A stretch of DNA of 64,000 nucleotides from an uncultured Bacilli bacterium (GCA_910580185.1 CAJTWC010000003.1:34304-98303); one strand, 5' to 3'; counted from the stretch's first letter, positions 30,818 to 41,162 are shown. Made by a program: numbers and translations. Notes: generated by a model from the sequence alone, not told the origin.

Positions 30818-31384
30818 ATGGAAAATAAAAATAATAATTATGTAAAAGAAGCATTTGATAAAATTGAACATAGAAAAATTTTACTTAATAATAGAGCAAT
30901 TGAAGCAGATAATTATATAAATAAATTAAATAATTTCATTTTGTATAATAATATGGAAATAAGCTCAATAGTATGTGAAGAAATGCAGTATTACGTAGGA
31001 AATTTAATATGTAATATTTTATTAATTGAAAATGCTATATTAGCTAATATAGTTACAGCTAATGGCTCAGATCCTAATATAATATTTATGTCTTTAAGTA
31101 TTTGTGAGTCTATAAGATTAGCAGATAATAATAATTTTTCTAGAAAATTCATACCTTCTCTTAAGGATTTGTTAAGTAATATATTTGAATTAAAAAAAAT
31201 GAATCGTATTGCACGTAGGCAAATTAATAATAAAGATATTGAGTTAGAAAAATATAGAAAAGAATGTGAATTAAAGGCCCACGAAATAATAAACAACATA
31301 TTTTCAGAAGAAAATATGTATTACGACGGAAACGTCATAAATGAAGAAATAGATAAAGCTAAATCAATAGGTAATAATAATTAA
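30818..31384 (+). CDS. hypothetical protein
   Basis: GGAGGG RBS; 188 aa. Confidence 0.45.
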   Translation: MENKNNNYVKEAFDKIEHRKILLNNRAIEADNYINKLNNFILYNNMEISSIVCEEMQYYVGNLICNILLIENAILANIVTANGSDPNIIFMSLSICESIRLADNNNFSRKFIPSLKDLLSNIFELKKMNRIARRQINNKDIELEKYRKECELKAHEIINNIFSEENMYYDGNVINEEIDKAKSIGNNN

Positions 31385-31525
31385 AATTACAAGTAAGTAT
31401 GAAATATCAAAAAATAATATAGATTAGTATATTATTTTTTTATTTACAAGATATAACCATTTATTATTGTTTTTTAATTTAAAATAATATATAATTATCT
31501 TAGAATGAATAGGAGTGGGATTATG

Positions 31526-32173
31526 AAAGAAGAAATGCTTAGTTTAGAAGCTGATTTTGCAAACAATGAATATTTTGGCACCAACGTATGGACTGATGAA
31601 AAATACCGTGTATTAAGCGGTAATGTTCCTGTCCTTCTTTCAGCACCCCACACTGTTAATCAAATAAGAGGCGATGATGTTAGGGATGCCGAGAAATTTA
31701 CTGGAGCACTAGTAAGATATTTATCTTCTGCAACCAATTCATACGCAATATTTCAAATTTTTACTCACTCTGATCCAAATACTGATAAAGAAAATGATTA
31801 TAAAAATGGTATTATAAACATCATAAATGGTTTTAATATAAAATTATTACTTGATATACATTCTAGTACATTTAAAGATGATACTGATATTGACATTGTT
31901 ACAAACAATAGAGAATCATTAAGGGGAATGGATACTTTAGTTGATAAATTAAAAGAGTTAGGTATAAAATATGATGTTAAATTTGATGAAATGAACGAAC
32001 CAAATAAACAAAAAGAAAACGAAATAATATATGCATCATCATTACTATGTAACATCCCATCTATAAGATTAGTTATTAATAATAAAAGATTAAACATAGA
32101 AGAAGATGATTCATCAATTAAAAAAATAGAAGAATTATTAGAGGAGTTTATATCGTATTTTAATTATTCATAG
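31526..32173 (+). CDS. hypothetical protein
   Basis: AGGAGTGGG RBS upstream of the ATG at 31526; the ORF track begins at 31505. Confidence 0.45.
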   Translation, partial: KEEMLSLEADFANNEYFGTNVWTDEKYRVLSGNVPVLLSAPHTVNQIRGDDVRDAEKFTGALVRYLSSATNSYAIFQIFTHSDPNTDKENDYKNGIINIINGFNIKLLLDIHSSTFKDDTDIDIVTNNRESLRGMDTLVDKLKELGIKYDVKFDEMNEPNKQKENEIIYASSLLCNIPSIRLVINNKRLNIEEDDSSIKKIEELLEEFISYFNYS

Positions 32174-32194
32174 TGTAAAGTTTTGTCTTTACTA

Positions 32195-32224
32195 TTGAAT
32201 AAAATATTACATAAGTGATATAAT
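32195..32224 (+). promoter_or_regulatory. strong sigma70-like promoter (-35 TTGAAT, 18-nt spacer, extended -10 TGaTATAAT)
   Basis: Read directly; the transcription start is predicted near G32231. Confidence 0.5.
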
Positions 32225-32230
32225 ATAAAT

Positions 32231-32409
32231 GCCTAAAGGTATCGGGCGCTAGCACATTTAACCCGCTAAGATTTAATAGGGAATCAGAATCAATAGTGGT
32301 GTTCATGCTTAAATTTATTTAAGAAGTCTAAAACTATTGTGGGATGCCCACCTGCGAGAATTGCAGGTTTATCTTGTTAGCAAACGACCCTTTGGGTTCT
32401 TTTTTTTTA
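32231..32409 (+). ncRNA. candidate stand-alone structured small RNA of about 180 nt, identity undetermined
   Basis: The locally GC-richer segment lies between a strong promoter and an intrinsic terminator (ACGACCC-UUU-GGGUUCU followed by U9). It contains adjacent hairpins GUGGG-AUGC-CCCAC and CCUGC-GAGAAUU-GCAGG. There is no long ORF, and the downstream gene has its own TTGACG/TAACAT promoter. Confidence 0.35.
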
Positions 32410-32500
32410 CAAAAAAACGTTTGTTCATAATTTTTTAATAAATGATTTGACGAAGAAGCTCTTTTTTGTTAACATAATTTTTATAAAAAGGAGAAATTTT

Positions 32501-33136
32501 ATGGCCATATATGAAAAATTAAGTCATAATCAAAACGTAGTTTATCATAAAACTTCAAAAACTTCTGATAAATACAATAGTTATTTAACTCATGAGTGGC
32601 TATTTATTAATTTGTTGTACAAGGAAGAAATAAAAAAAGATCTTGAGCTTGCTAAAAAGTTTTTAATGTATATGATACAATATCATCCAGAGTATAAATG
32701 GACTAGCTTAGATTTAAACAATCCCGTTGGAACAGTTATATTAGAAAGCGATATTTCAGATAAAACTTTTAGTGGAATTAACATATTTAAAGACGAGGAA
32801 GAAGCTAAAACGAAAGCAATGGAATACGGGGAAAATGTCACAGACTTTTTAATACGTTATAGAGGTTATTCTTTAATAAAATGCCAAAATGAAAACATTA
32901 TAATTACAGCCCAAAGTAATTGTGATAAAATATTTGAAGAAGAATTATATAATGGATATTCACTCCAAAGGAAAGCAAAACTCCGTTATGTAAAAACAGA
33001 TGATATAATTAGAAAAACGTATCCTATGATTGATGGATATTTTACTCATTTACCGGTTCTTCCAACAAAAGAAATTGGAATTGAGATAGATGAAATGATT
33101 GAAAATACTGATGGTGTTTTTGTAAAAGTAAAATAA
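32501..33136 (+). CDS. hypothetical protein
   Basis: AAAGGAG RBS upstream of the ATG at 32501 (the ORF-track start at 32447 is unlikely). Confidence 0.45.
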   Translation: MAIYEKLSHNQNVVYHKTSKTSDKYNSYLTHEWLFINLLYKEEIKKDLELAKKFLMYMIQYHPEYKWTSLDLNNPVGTVILESDISDKTFSGINIFKDEEEAKTKAMEYGENVTDFLIRYRGYSLIKCQNENIIITAQSNCDKIFEEELYNGYSLQRKAKLRYVKTDDIIRKTYPMIDGYFTHLPVLPTKEIGIEIDEMIENTDGVFVKVK

Positions 33137-33166
33137 AATTAATATTTTATAATAAGGAAATTAGTT

Positions 33167-33844
33167 ATGGAACAAAGTAGAACAGAAAAAATTATAGGAA
33201 TAGATAATATAAATAAATTAAATAACACTAGCGTGTTATTAGTTGGTATAGGTGGGGTAGGAGGATCTGCTCTTGAAATGCTTGTTAGGTCAGGCGTAAA
33301 TAACATTACAATAGTTGATTTTGATAAGTTTGAAAAAAGCAATTTAAATAGACAAATACTTAGTTTAGAAACTAATATAAATAAATATAAAGTAGATATT
33401 GCAAAAGAAAGGGTATTTTTGATAAATCCAAAATGCAACGTAATTACTTACAATAAGAAAGTTGATAAACATTTTATAAATATATTAGATAATAATTATG
33501 ATTATATTATTGATGCCTGTGATGATGTAAATGCAAAGGTAATACTTGTGAAATATGCAATTAAAAAGGGCATCAAAATAATATCATGTTGTGGTACCGG
33601 TAATAAAATTGATCCTAGTAAATTATATATTACTAACATTTGGAAAACAGAGTATGATCCGCTAGCAAAAAAACTTAGATCAGAATTAAAAAAAGAAAAA
33701 ATAAATTATAAATTACCGGTTGTTACCTCAAGTGAGCAACCTTTAATAAAAACTGGGGGTTTTGTTGGTTCTATGGCAATGGTTCCCAATAGTGCCGGAA
33801 TCCTTCTTGCAAGTTATGTAATAAATGATGTAATTGATAAATAA
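33167..33844 (+). CDS. tcdA: ThiF/MoeB-family E1-like protein, likely tRNA threonylcarbamoyladenosine dehydratase TcdA
   Basis: Rossmann motif LLVGIGGVGGSALEMLVRSGV...IVDFDKFEKSNLNRQ; 225 aa. Confidence 0.7.
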   Translation: MEQSRTEKIIGIDNINKLNNTSVLLVGIGGVGGSALEMLVRSGVNNITIVDFDKFEKSNLNRQILSLETNINKYKVDIAKERVFLINPKCNVITYNKKVDKHFINILDNNYDYIIDACDDVNAKVILVKYAIKKGIKIISCCGTGNKIDPSKLYITNIWKTEYDPLAKKLRSELKKEKINYKLPVVTSSEQPLIKTGGFVGSMAMVPNSAGILLASYVINDVIDK

Positions 33845-33907
33845 ATTTTATTGTAATTTATAAAATAAAATGTTACAATACCTTATGTAAAATAGGAGTT
33901 GAATAAA

Positions 33908-35260
33908 ATGAAAAAAAGAAATTTATTTATAACATTTTTGCTGGTTTTCTTTGCATCACTTACGACGATTAATGCGGAAGAAAAACTAGATTGTACTAAA
34001 ACCGTTGAAGTAGGTAATACTGTTACATGTACATTTACACTTGGTGAAGAAACTAAAATGATAGAAACTGATTCAGAATGTCTTAAAATCGAGTCTGTAA
34101 GCGGAAATGGTAATACGCAGTTGAATGATTATCAGGCAATTTTTCAATCATCCGGAAAAATAAAATTCACTGCGAAAAAAAGTGGAAATGCCCACGTATA
34201 TGTTAGTTCGGAAGATGGCATCTTTGGCTATGAGGAATTAGAACAAATAGTTAAAATAACTGAAAAAACTACTACTACAAAAACCACTACGACAACAACT
34301 ACTAAAGCAAAATCTGATAATAATTATTTATCATCAATAACAATAGATGGTATAGAAATCGAAGATTTTTCAAAAAATACTACAAAGTATTTCGTTGATG
34401 TTGAAAATGACACTAAGAAAGTAACAATTAAAGCACAAGCCGAAGATAGTACCGCAACAATATCAATTGATGGGCCTAAAACACTTAACGTTGGTGATAA
34501 TGAATATACTATATCAGTTACTTCTGAAAGCGATATCACAAAATATTATAAAATAATCATTACTAGAGCTGATGTAGAAGAATCTTCTAGTACTGAAATA
34601 AAAAGTATAAAAATAAGAGGCTACAAATTAAATTTTGATAAAACGTCTAAAACATTTCATTTAAATATTAAGCCTGAAGATAGTCAGTTAGACATAACCA
34701 TAACTTTAAAAGATAAAAAGGCAAATTATGAAATAGAAAATAATGATAATTTAAAAGATGGTAGTGTAATTAAAATAATTGTTACTGCGGAAGATGATAC
34801 TACTGATACATATAGAATAATAATTTCTAAAAAAAGTAATAATGTTATGCCAATCATTATTGGATCACTAATAATAGTAGTTGCAATCATAGTTATAGTT
34901 TTAGTAATTATCAATAAAAAAAGAAAAAATTATAAAGATAATAAAAAAGCTAATAATGTTGATGAAAAAAAAGATAGCAAAGATAAAATTGAAAAAGAAA
35001 ACATTATTGATGAGAAAACAATAGAAATGCCTGCGATAAATGAACCGGAGCAAACTTCTGAAACTAGTTTTGATGAAGAAGATTATAGTATACCTTATGA
35101 TAATGATGAGGAAGAAGAAACTAGAATACTTTCATACGCAGAAAAAAAAGAATTAGAAAAAGCTAATAAAGAAGAAAATGAAAAAACTAGTATAGAAATT
35201 GATAAAGCGCTAGAAAATATGCTTAGTTTTGAATATGAATCTGATGAAGATGATGAATAA
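33908..35260 (+). CDS. surface-anchored protein with signal peptide, Thr-rich linker, cadherin-like beta-sandwich repeats, C-terminal TM and acidic tail
   Basis: Signal peptide MKKRNLFITFLLVFFASLTTINA; TTTTKTTTTTTTK linker; repeated YxSxITIDG..YxIxV motifs; TM IIIGSLIIVVAIIVIVLVII. Confidence 0.5.
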   Translation: MKKRNLFITFLLVFFASLTTINAEEKLDCTKTVEVGNTVTCTFTLGEETKMIETDSECLKIESVSGNGNTQLNDYQAIFQSSGKIKFTAKKSGNAHVYVSSEDGIFGYEELEQIVKITEKTTTTKTTTTTTTKAKSDNNYLSSITIDGIEIEDFSKNTTKYFVDVENDTKKVTIKAQAEDSTATISIDGPKTLNVGDNEYTISVTSESDITKYYKIIITRADVEESSSTEIKSIKIRGYKLNFDKTSKTFHLNIKPEDSQLDITITLKDKKANYEIENNDNLKDGSVIKIIVTAEDDTTDTYRIIISKKSNNVMPIIIGSLIIVVAIIVIVLVIINKKRKNYKDNKKANNVDEKKDSKDKIEKENIIDEKTIEMPAINEPEQTSETSFDEEDYSIPYDNDEEEETRILSYAEKKELEKANKEENEKTSIEIDKALENMLSFEYESDEDDE

Positions 35261-35265
35261 TTAAT

Positions 35266-35297
35266 AAAGAGCAAGAAATTAATTTTCCTTGCTCTTT
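35266..35297. terminator. bidirectional terminator between the convergent surface-protein and rarA genes
   Basis: Perfect 10-bp stem AAAGAGCAAG / CTTGCTCTTT. Confidence 0.6.
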
Positions 35298-36496
35298 ATG
35301 TTTTCTATATTATCAATTGTCATCTTAAATACCTTTTCATATTTATTATTCTTTGGTTTATAATAAACTCTGTTTTTTAAATTATCAGGTAAGTATTGTT
35401 GTACGACATAGCTGCCAGGATAATCATGAGGATACTTATATCCAAAGGCCTGAGCGTTAATATGAGATGGTACATCTCCAATATTTCCATTTTCGATATC
35501 TTTCATTGCTAAGTCAATAGCTGCTTCAGCACTATTAGATTTAGGAGATAATGCTAATTCTATAACCGTTTTAGCAAGTGGTATTCTAGCTTCTGGTAAC
35601 CCAACCCTTTCAGATGCATTAATCGCTGCTTCAACTTTTACGCCCATACTAGGATTTGCAAGCCCAATATCTTCATATGCAATAACCGTCATCCTTCTAT
35701 ATATGCTATCTAAATCTCCCGAAGAAATTAATCTTGCCAAATAATGCAGTGAGGCATTAACATCTGATCCTCTAATTGACTTTTGAAAAGCGGATAAAAC
35801 GTCATAATGACCTGATTCATCTTCATCCATTGGATTAGATGATTTAGTATTTACACCTTTTACAACATCACAATCAACTTTTTTATCAGATGTACTATAA
35901 TAGGCTACTTCTAGTAAGTTTATTGCAAATCTAAAATCTCCATTTGCCATAGTGGAAATTAAATTTAAGGTTTTAGTATCTATTTTTATATTTTCTAATG
36001 CTTTAGAAGCTTTTTTTAGTCCCTTTACAATATCTTCTTTGGTTAAAGCCTTAAGTTCAAATATCTGACATCTACTTCTTATCGCCGGATTTATTTTATG
36101 ATAGGGATTCGATGTAGTAAGACCAATTAATGTTATCTTACCATTTTCAAGCATAGGAAGTAATAAATCTTGCTTATCTTTATTAAGCCTATGAATTTCA
36201 TCTACCACAAGAACTATGTTTCCATAAATTTTTGTTTCCTCAAATACTATTTCAAAGTCTTTCTTATTGTTAACAACCGCGTTTAAAAACCTATGTTTAA
36301 TGCCTAACTCTTCGGTAATTGCATTTGCAATAGACGTTTTGCCAATTCCAGGAGGCCCAAATAATATCATTGAAAATATTTTTTTATTCTTAACTAAATT
36401 AGACAATATTTTATCTTTACCAATTAAATGTTCCTGGCCAATTACATCATTTAACTTTTTAGGTCTTAAATAATTTGCTAAAGGCTCATTTTTCAT
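35279..36496 (-). CDS. rarA: replication-associated recombination protein A (RarA/MgsA AAA+ ATPase)
   Basis: Walker A FGPPGIGKTS, Walker B VVDEIHRLNK, MgsA C-terminal domain; GGTGA RBS upstream of the ATG at 36496. Confidence 0.9.
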   Translation of the reverse strand: MKNEPLANYLRPKKLNDVIGQEHLIGKDKILSNLVKNKKIFSMILFGPPGIGKTSIANAITEELGIKHRFLNAVVNNKKDFEIVFEETKIYGNIVLVVDEIHRLNKDKQDLLLPMLENGKITLIGLTTSNPYHKINPAIRSRCQIFELKALTKEDIVKGLKKASKALENIKIDTKTLNLISTMANGDFRFAINLLEVAYYSTSDKKVDCDVVKGVNTKSSNPMDEDESGHYDVLSAFQKSIRGSDVNASLHYLARLISSGDLDSIYRRMTVIAYEDIGLANPSMGVKVEAAINASERVGLPEARIPLAKTVIELALSPKSNSAEAAIDLAMKDIENGNIGDVPSHINAQAFGYKYPHDYPGSYVVQQYLPDNLKNRVYYKPKNNKYEKVFKMTIDNIENIKSKEN

Positions 36497-36578
36497 TAAT
36501 ATCACCAATAATAATTATATCACATATTGACAATTAAGTCTTTTGCTGATAATATAATTCTGCAAAAAAGGTGACGAA

Positions 36579-37085
36579 ATGGAAAATGAAAATGTAATTG
36601 CAGTAAAAAAATATATTTTATCTCTTAATATTGAAAATAAAACTAAAATAGTGATTTTAAATGAATTTAATGAATTTATTAAATCGCTTAAAAATTTCTA
36701 TGATAAAATATTACAAAACAATTCAGAAACTGCAGAAATGTACATAAAAATTAATTGTGAAAAATTTAAAAACAATTTAGATACTTATGTTTTTTCAAAT
36801 AATAATCCTACAAAGCATATAAAGTACATTAAAAAACATATTTCTAAGGAAAATGAAAGAAAAATAAAAAATGATAAGCTAGAAGCGATATATACATTAA
36901 TAAAAACAGATAATTTAAATAATACGTTTTACAAAAGAATTCTAACATGCTCTACTGTAAATTATGATACTTTATGTGCTGATATAAGAAATTTAGCATA
37001 TTTTTTAGGATATAGTGACCTAATAGATAATAATGAAAATTATACGGACTTAGATATTCAAACAACAATAGATAAACACCAATAA
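36579..37085 (+). CDS. hypothetical protein
   Basis: ORF of 168 aa; followed by the palindromic terminator at 37088-37112. Confidence 0.4.
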   Translation: MENENVIAVKKYILSLNIENKTKIVILNEFNEFIKSLKNFYDKILQNNSETAEMYIKINCEKFKNNLDTYVFSNNNPTKHIKYIKKHISKENERKIKNDKLEAIYTLIKTDNLNNTFYKRILTCSTVNYDTLCADIRNLAYFLGYSDLIDNNENYTDLDIQTTIDKHQ

Positions 37086-37178
37086 AATTAAAAGCTAATT
37101 AGCTTTTTTATTTACGATTTTATTATTTAAAATTTGACAAATATTAATAGCTATCGTAACATTAAATGGGAGGATTTT

Positions 37179-37682
37179 ATGAAACCAGATTATAAAACAA
37201 GAGAAATAAATAAATTAGTTATTAATTTAGAAACACTAGGTATAGGAAAAAAAGCAATTAACTATATAAAATTAAAATTTAGTGATATTCAAAATAATCA
37301 GCATGAAAAAATAAAATCATATAACAATATACAATTTGAAAAACAGGAATATTATGCTACACAAATTAAATTCTTTAAAAAAATTGAGAATATCTATAAT
37401 TCAATAAATAGTATTGTTAAATTAACCAATTCACTTCCTGAGGTAGTGCTTAAAAACAATAAATTATATTATATAAATAAAATTAAAAATTTAAGTGAAG
37501 ATAAAGATGAAATTTTACTATTTATATTAAAAACAGGAATTAAAACAGATGATTTAATAAGCCTGCTTCACTTATTAATAAAGTCGCATAATGATCTAAC
37601 AAATGCAACAGTAAGTAAATATATTGATAAAATAAATAATGAAATAAGCTATAGCGCAAAAAATTCAACACCTAAAAGGTAA
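37179..37682 (+). CDS. hypothetical protein
   Basis: GGGAGG RBS upstream of the ATG at 37179. Confidence 0.4.
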   Translation: MKPDYKTREINKLVINLETLGIGKKAINYIKLKFSDIQNNQHEKIKSYNNIQFEKQEYYATQIKFFKKIENIYNSINSIVKLTNSLPEVVLKNNKLYYINKIKNLSEDKDEILLFILKTGIKTDDLISLLHLLIKSHNDLTNATVSKYIDKINNEISYSAKNSTPKR

Positions 37683-37686
37683 TAAT

Positions 37687-38571
37687 ATGAATAGAAATAT
37701 TGAAGAATATATAAATTATATATATATTGAAAAAAAACTAAGTGATAATACAAAAGATGCATATCAAAGGGATTTATTATCATTCTCTAATTTTTTAAAT
37801 AACAAAAAAATTAATAACATTACTACTAATGACATAAGAGATTATATAAACCATTTAAGTGATAATAATGATAAGGATAAAACGATTGCAAGAAAAGTAG
37901 TTAGTATAAGAACCTTTTTTGATTATTTGATGAGAGAAAATAAAATAAGTACTAATCCTTGTGAAAAAATAGAATTACCAAAAATCAAAAAAACTCTTCC
38001 TAAAACGTTATCAGAAGAAGAAATAAATATGCTATTAGATTTTAAGCCTAATACGGCGTTAGAGCATCGTAACAAAGCAATGCTTGAGCTTGCATATGGT
38101 TGTGGTTTACGTGTCTCAGAACTTGTTAATTTGTCCTTAAATGATATTAATTTAGAAGATGATTATATAAGAATATTTGGTAAAGGGAAAAAAGAAAGAA
38201 TAGTACCTATGGCAACTATTACTACTAATATATTAGAAGAATATATAAACGTATATAGAAATAGTCTATTAAAAGGATATCTTACTGATAAACTATTTAT
38301 CAGTAGCTATGGAAAGGCTATAACAAGACAGGGATTCTTTAAAATGCTTAAAAAGCATGCTAAAGAAATGGGAATAGAAAAAGACTTTTCTCCTCATACT
38401 TTAAGACATTCTTTTGCAACTGAATTACTGGAATATGGTGCAGATCTTAGAAGTGTAGGAGAGATGTTAGGCCATGAAAATATTAAAACTACTCAAATAT
38501 ATACACATTTATCAAATAATAAATTAAAAAAAGATTATGAGGAATATCATCCTAGAAATAAAAAAATATAA
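37687..38571 (+). CDS. xerD: site-specific tyrosine recombinase, XerD/XerC-like
   Basis: C-terminal catalytic region HTLRHSFATELLEYGADLRSVGEMLGHENIKTTQIYTH with the R..H..R..Y residues; 294 aa; N-terminal core-binding domain. Confidence 0.8.
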   Translation: MNRNIEEYINYIYIEKKLSDNTKDAYQRDLLSFSNFLNNKKINNITTNDIRDYINHLSDNNDKDKTIARKVVSIRTFFDYLMRENKISTNPCEKIELPKIKKTLPKTLSEEEINMLLDFKPNTALEHRNKAMLELAYGCGLRVSELVNLSLNDINLEDDYIRIFGKGKKERIVPMATITTNILEEYINVYRNSLLKGYLTDKLFISSYGKAITRQGFFKMLKKHAKEMGIEKDFSPHTLRHSFATELLEYGADLRSVGEMLGHENIKTTQIYTHLSNNKLKKDYEEYHPRNKKI

Positions 38572-38658
38572 TTTCCGAAAATCTTACGATTAAATAAAAA
38601 ACATTGCTAATAAAAATATAATTTGTTATAATAACCACCATATAAGGTGGTTATTATT

Positions 38659-40527
38659 ATGGAGCAAAAGGAAAAAACAATTTTATTCGTCATAGATGTT
38701 AGTGAAATAATAAATTCAAATGTTAATTATGATGATATTAAATATTTCTATGAAAAAATAAATAATAAAAGAGAATATGAAAAGGCAGATAAAATAACCA
38801 TAGTTATAACTGATTTTAAGTGTAATAGCACACGTGATGACTTATGTGAATATGGATTGCAATTAAAACAAATATTAGGACATGATATTAATTTTTATCG
38901 TTATAATTATACTCAAGCTGATAAAAACACTGACTTTTCTAATATGACAAGCTATCAAATGCAGTGCACTAACAATCATCATAAATATAATTTTATACTT
39001 AATATAATTAATAAAGTTAGTAAAAAATATAACGTAGTATATACTGCTTTAATGCATGATTTAAATATTTTTGATACATCAGAGGAATTCCAAGCTAAAG
39101 AAGAGATAAAAGCCATAAATAATATTTGTAAATTTGATTTATTACTTAACTCTAACAGAGTAAATAATTTACAAAATACTTACAATGATCATCTAGTTAT
39201 ATCAAGTAATAATAACCTATATGGATATGCTGAAAGTTTAGCGGTTAAGATGGATTTCGACAATGGTATAATGCCAAATGAAACATACCGAGAATATAAT
39301 TTAAAAAATAAAAAACAAAAGAAAGATATGCTAATTATAATTGATGCATACAATATGGGTATGTATGAAGATTTATATGATGATTTATTAAATAATATTA
39401 TTTCTAAAAAACAAGAAGTAGGAGCTGATGATATATATATCGTAGTTTCTAGTCGAGTGCCTAACTATTTTACAAAAGATGAATTAAAAGAAATAGGACG
39501 TGAGATCCGATATATATTAGGGGATGAAGCTAAATATTACGTTAATGAATACGCTTCTAATGATAATCATCAATCAACTCTTAATTCATCTAATAATCTT
39601 TATTTAAATCATGCAATTGAAACAAAAAATTCATTTTCAAAAAAATATAAAGCTAATTTTATATATACTGCATACTTTACTAACGCTTTATCTTATAATA
39701 ATATTAACATATTTAATAAAGAGAAAATGAATGATTCAAAAATAGATTTTTTTGCTCATAGTGCTGAAAAAGATATAAATGGCGTAGTATGTTCAAATGT
39801 TAATGGGCTTGATGCGCTTAATGATTGCTTAATATACTCTATGAATAAAGATAATTATAAAGATAATGATACATCAGTTAATAATAAAGAAATAACTGTA
39901 TTTTACTGTGATATAGCTGGTACTATAGATTATATAACTCATAATAAGGATATGATTAAAACTTTAAATGATAAATTAATAGAATTAAACCAAACTCATG
40001 GTACTAATAAAATATTGTTATGTTTAATAACTAATGATAGTGATTTAAATTATTTGAATGGTTTCATAAATGAATTAAAAAATAAAATAGATTCTAGTAT
40101 TATTTTTACTGACCATTTCTATGTTGAAGGAGCATTAATAAATGGAAAATTAGTACAAGAAGGTGGAAGTGTTGGATATAACAAATTTGGAAAAATTAAA
40201 TATCACCTAAATAAATTAATAAACAATGGATATAAAATCAACTATGTATATTTTGCAGATGATAATATGGATGAATATGATGTATTTAGTTTTGATGAAT
40301 ATTTGCCTAATGAGACTAATGGCCGGTTATTAATCCCAGATAATAATTGTAATATAATAGAAAATTATATAATCCCATCTGAATTCCAAAATATAGATGG
40401 ATTAATAGATTGCATAAACAAGAGTATTGAATTAGAATGTTCTAAAGAAAAAGGAATAGCATATAAAAAACAATACATTGCAAAAACAACCGAGGTAGAA
40501 GATGACGATGATGATTTACCATTTTAA
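38659..40527 (+). CDS. large Asn-rich protein with three internal repeats of a HAD-like domain (paralog family member 1)
   Basis: Repeats begin ILFVIDVS, LIIIDAYNMG and ITVFYCDIAGT; the last repeat has DxxGT, a downstream LITND motif, YFADD, and a C-terminal GLIDCINK motif shared with the next two genes; AGGTGG RBS lies inside the hairpin at 38632-38653. Confidence 0.45.
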   Translation: MEQKEKTILFVIDVSEIINSNVNYDDIKYFYEKINNKREYEKADKITIVITDFKCNSTRDDLCEYGLQLKQILGHDINFYRYNYTQADKNTDFSNMTSYQMQCTNNHHKYNFILNIINKVSKKYNVVYTALMHDLNIFDTSEEFQAKEEIKAINNICKFDLLLNSNRVNNLQNTYNDHLVISSNNNLYGYAESLAVKMDFDNGIMPNETYREYNLKNKKQKKDMLIIIDAYNMGMYEDLYDDLLNNIISKKQEVGADDIYIVVSSRVPNYFTKDELKEIGREIRYILGDEAKYYVNEYASNDNHQSTLNSSNNLYLNHAIETKNSFSKKYKANFIYTAYFTNALSYNNINIFNKEKMNDSKIDFFAHSAEKDINGVVCSNVNGLDALNDCLIYSMNKDNYKDNDTSVNNKEITVFYCDIAGTIDYITHNKDMIKTLNDKLIELNQTHGTNKILLCLITNDSDLNYLNGFINELKNKIDSSIIFTDHFYVEGALINGKLVQEGGSVGYNKFGKIKYHLNKLINNGYKINYVYFADDNMDEYDVFSFDEYLPNETNGRLLIPDNNCNIIENYIIPSEFQNIDGLIDCINKSIELECSKEKGIAYKKQYIAKTTEVEDDDDDLPF

Positions 40528-40547
40528 TAAAGAAGGAAAATGATAAT

Positions 40548-41162
40548 ATGAAACATAATAAAGAAAAAGTGATGGTATTTTTTAGTGATATATCGGGCAC
40601 TTTCAATTTAGACTTAATGTCTATAAATAATTTTGATATATATAATGAAATAAAAGTTTTATTGGAACAAGCAAGAAGAAAATTAGGTTTAGATAAAATT
40701 ATTTTCTGCTTTATTACCGCTGATGAAAGAATTAATCTTTTATTAAATTATGTAAAAATTTTTCAAGAACATATCGAAACAGATAACATAGTTTTAGGAT
40801 TACAATTTTATATGACTGGCAAAATTAAATTATTAAAGAATAGAAACTTTATAGTTAAAAAAGACTATGATGACACTTTAAAGGAAAATAAAATAAAAAG
40901 ATACGTAGAAGAATTAAAAAATGAATACATAGTATCCAACGTGGTCTTTGCGGATGATTTTGCTAATTATGATACAGAAAATAATATTAAAGAATTATTA
41001 AATGATGATAAAATTGAAACAACTGTTTTAATACCTTGTGCAAGTGGTAATTTTAATAATAAAACATTTACTTCATCATTAGTTGGAATAAGCGGATTAA
41101 TTGAATGTATAAAAAAATATGATTCATACATAGATGACGCAGATAATCTCAAAATAAAATAA
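40548..41162 (+). CDS. HAD-like paralog 2 (degenerate motif I DxxGT)
   Basis: VMVFFSDISGTFNLD (motif I-like), IIFCFITAD (motif II-like), VVFADDFANYD (motif IV-like), C-terminal GLIECIKK. Confidence 0.45.
   Translation: MKHNKEKVMVFFSDISGTFNLDLMSINNFDIYNEIKVLLEQARRKLGLDKIIFCFITADERINLLLNYVKIFQEHIETDNIVLGLQFYMTGKIKLLKNRNFIVKKDYDDTLKENKIKRYVEELKNEYIVSNVVFADDFANYDTENNIKELLNDDKIETTVLIPCASGNFNNKTFTSSLVGISGLIECIKKYDSYIDDADNLKIK

Noticed and set aside
34250-34310. ACT/ACA codon repeats (Thr-rich linker) in the surface protein gene
   Set aside because: This is simple codon repetition encoding a Thr linker; noted as potentially length-variable but not a separate feature
37687-38571. Tyrosine recombinase considered as a prophage or ICE integrase
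   Set aside because: Its 294-aa size and XerD-like N-terminal domain fit a Xer recombinase better than a phage integrase of about 350-400 aa. No phage structural, replication or att-adjacent tRNA genes are visible, so it is kept as XerD-like with the island interpretation left open
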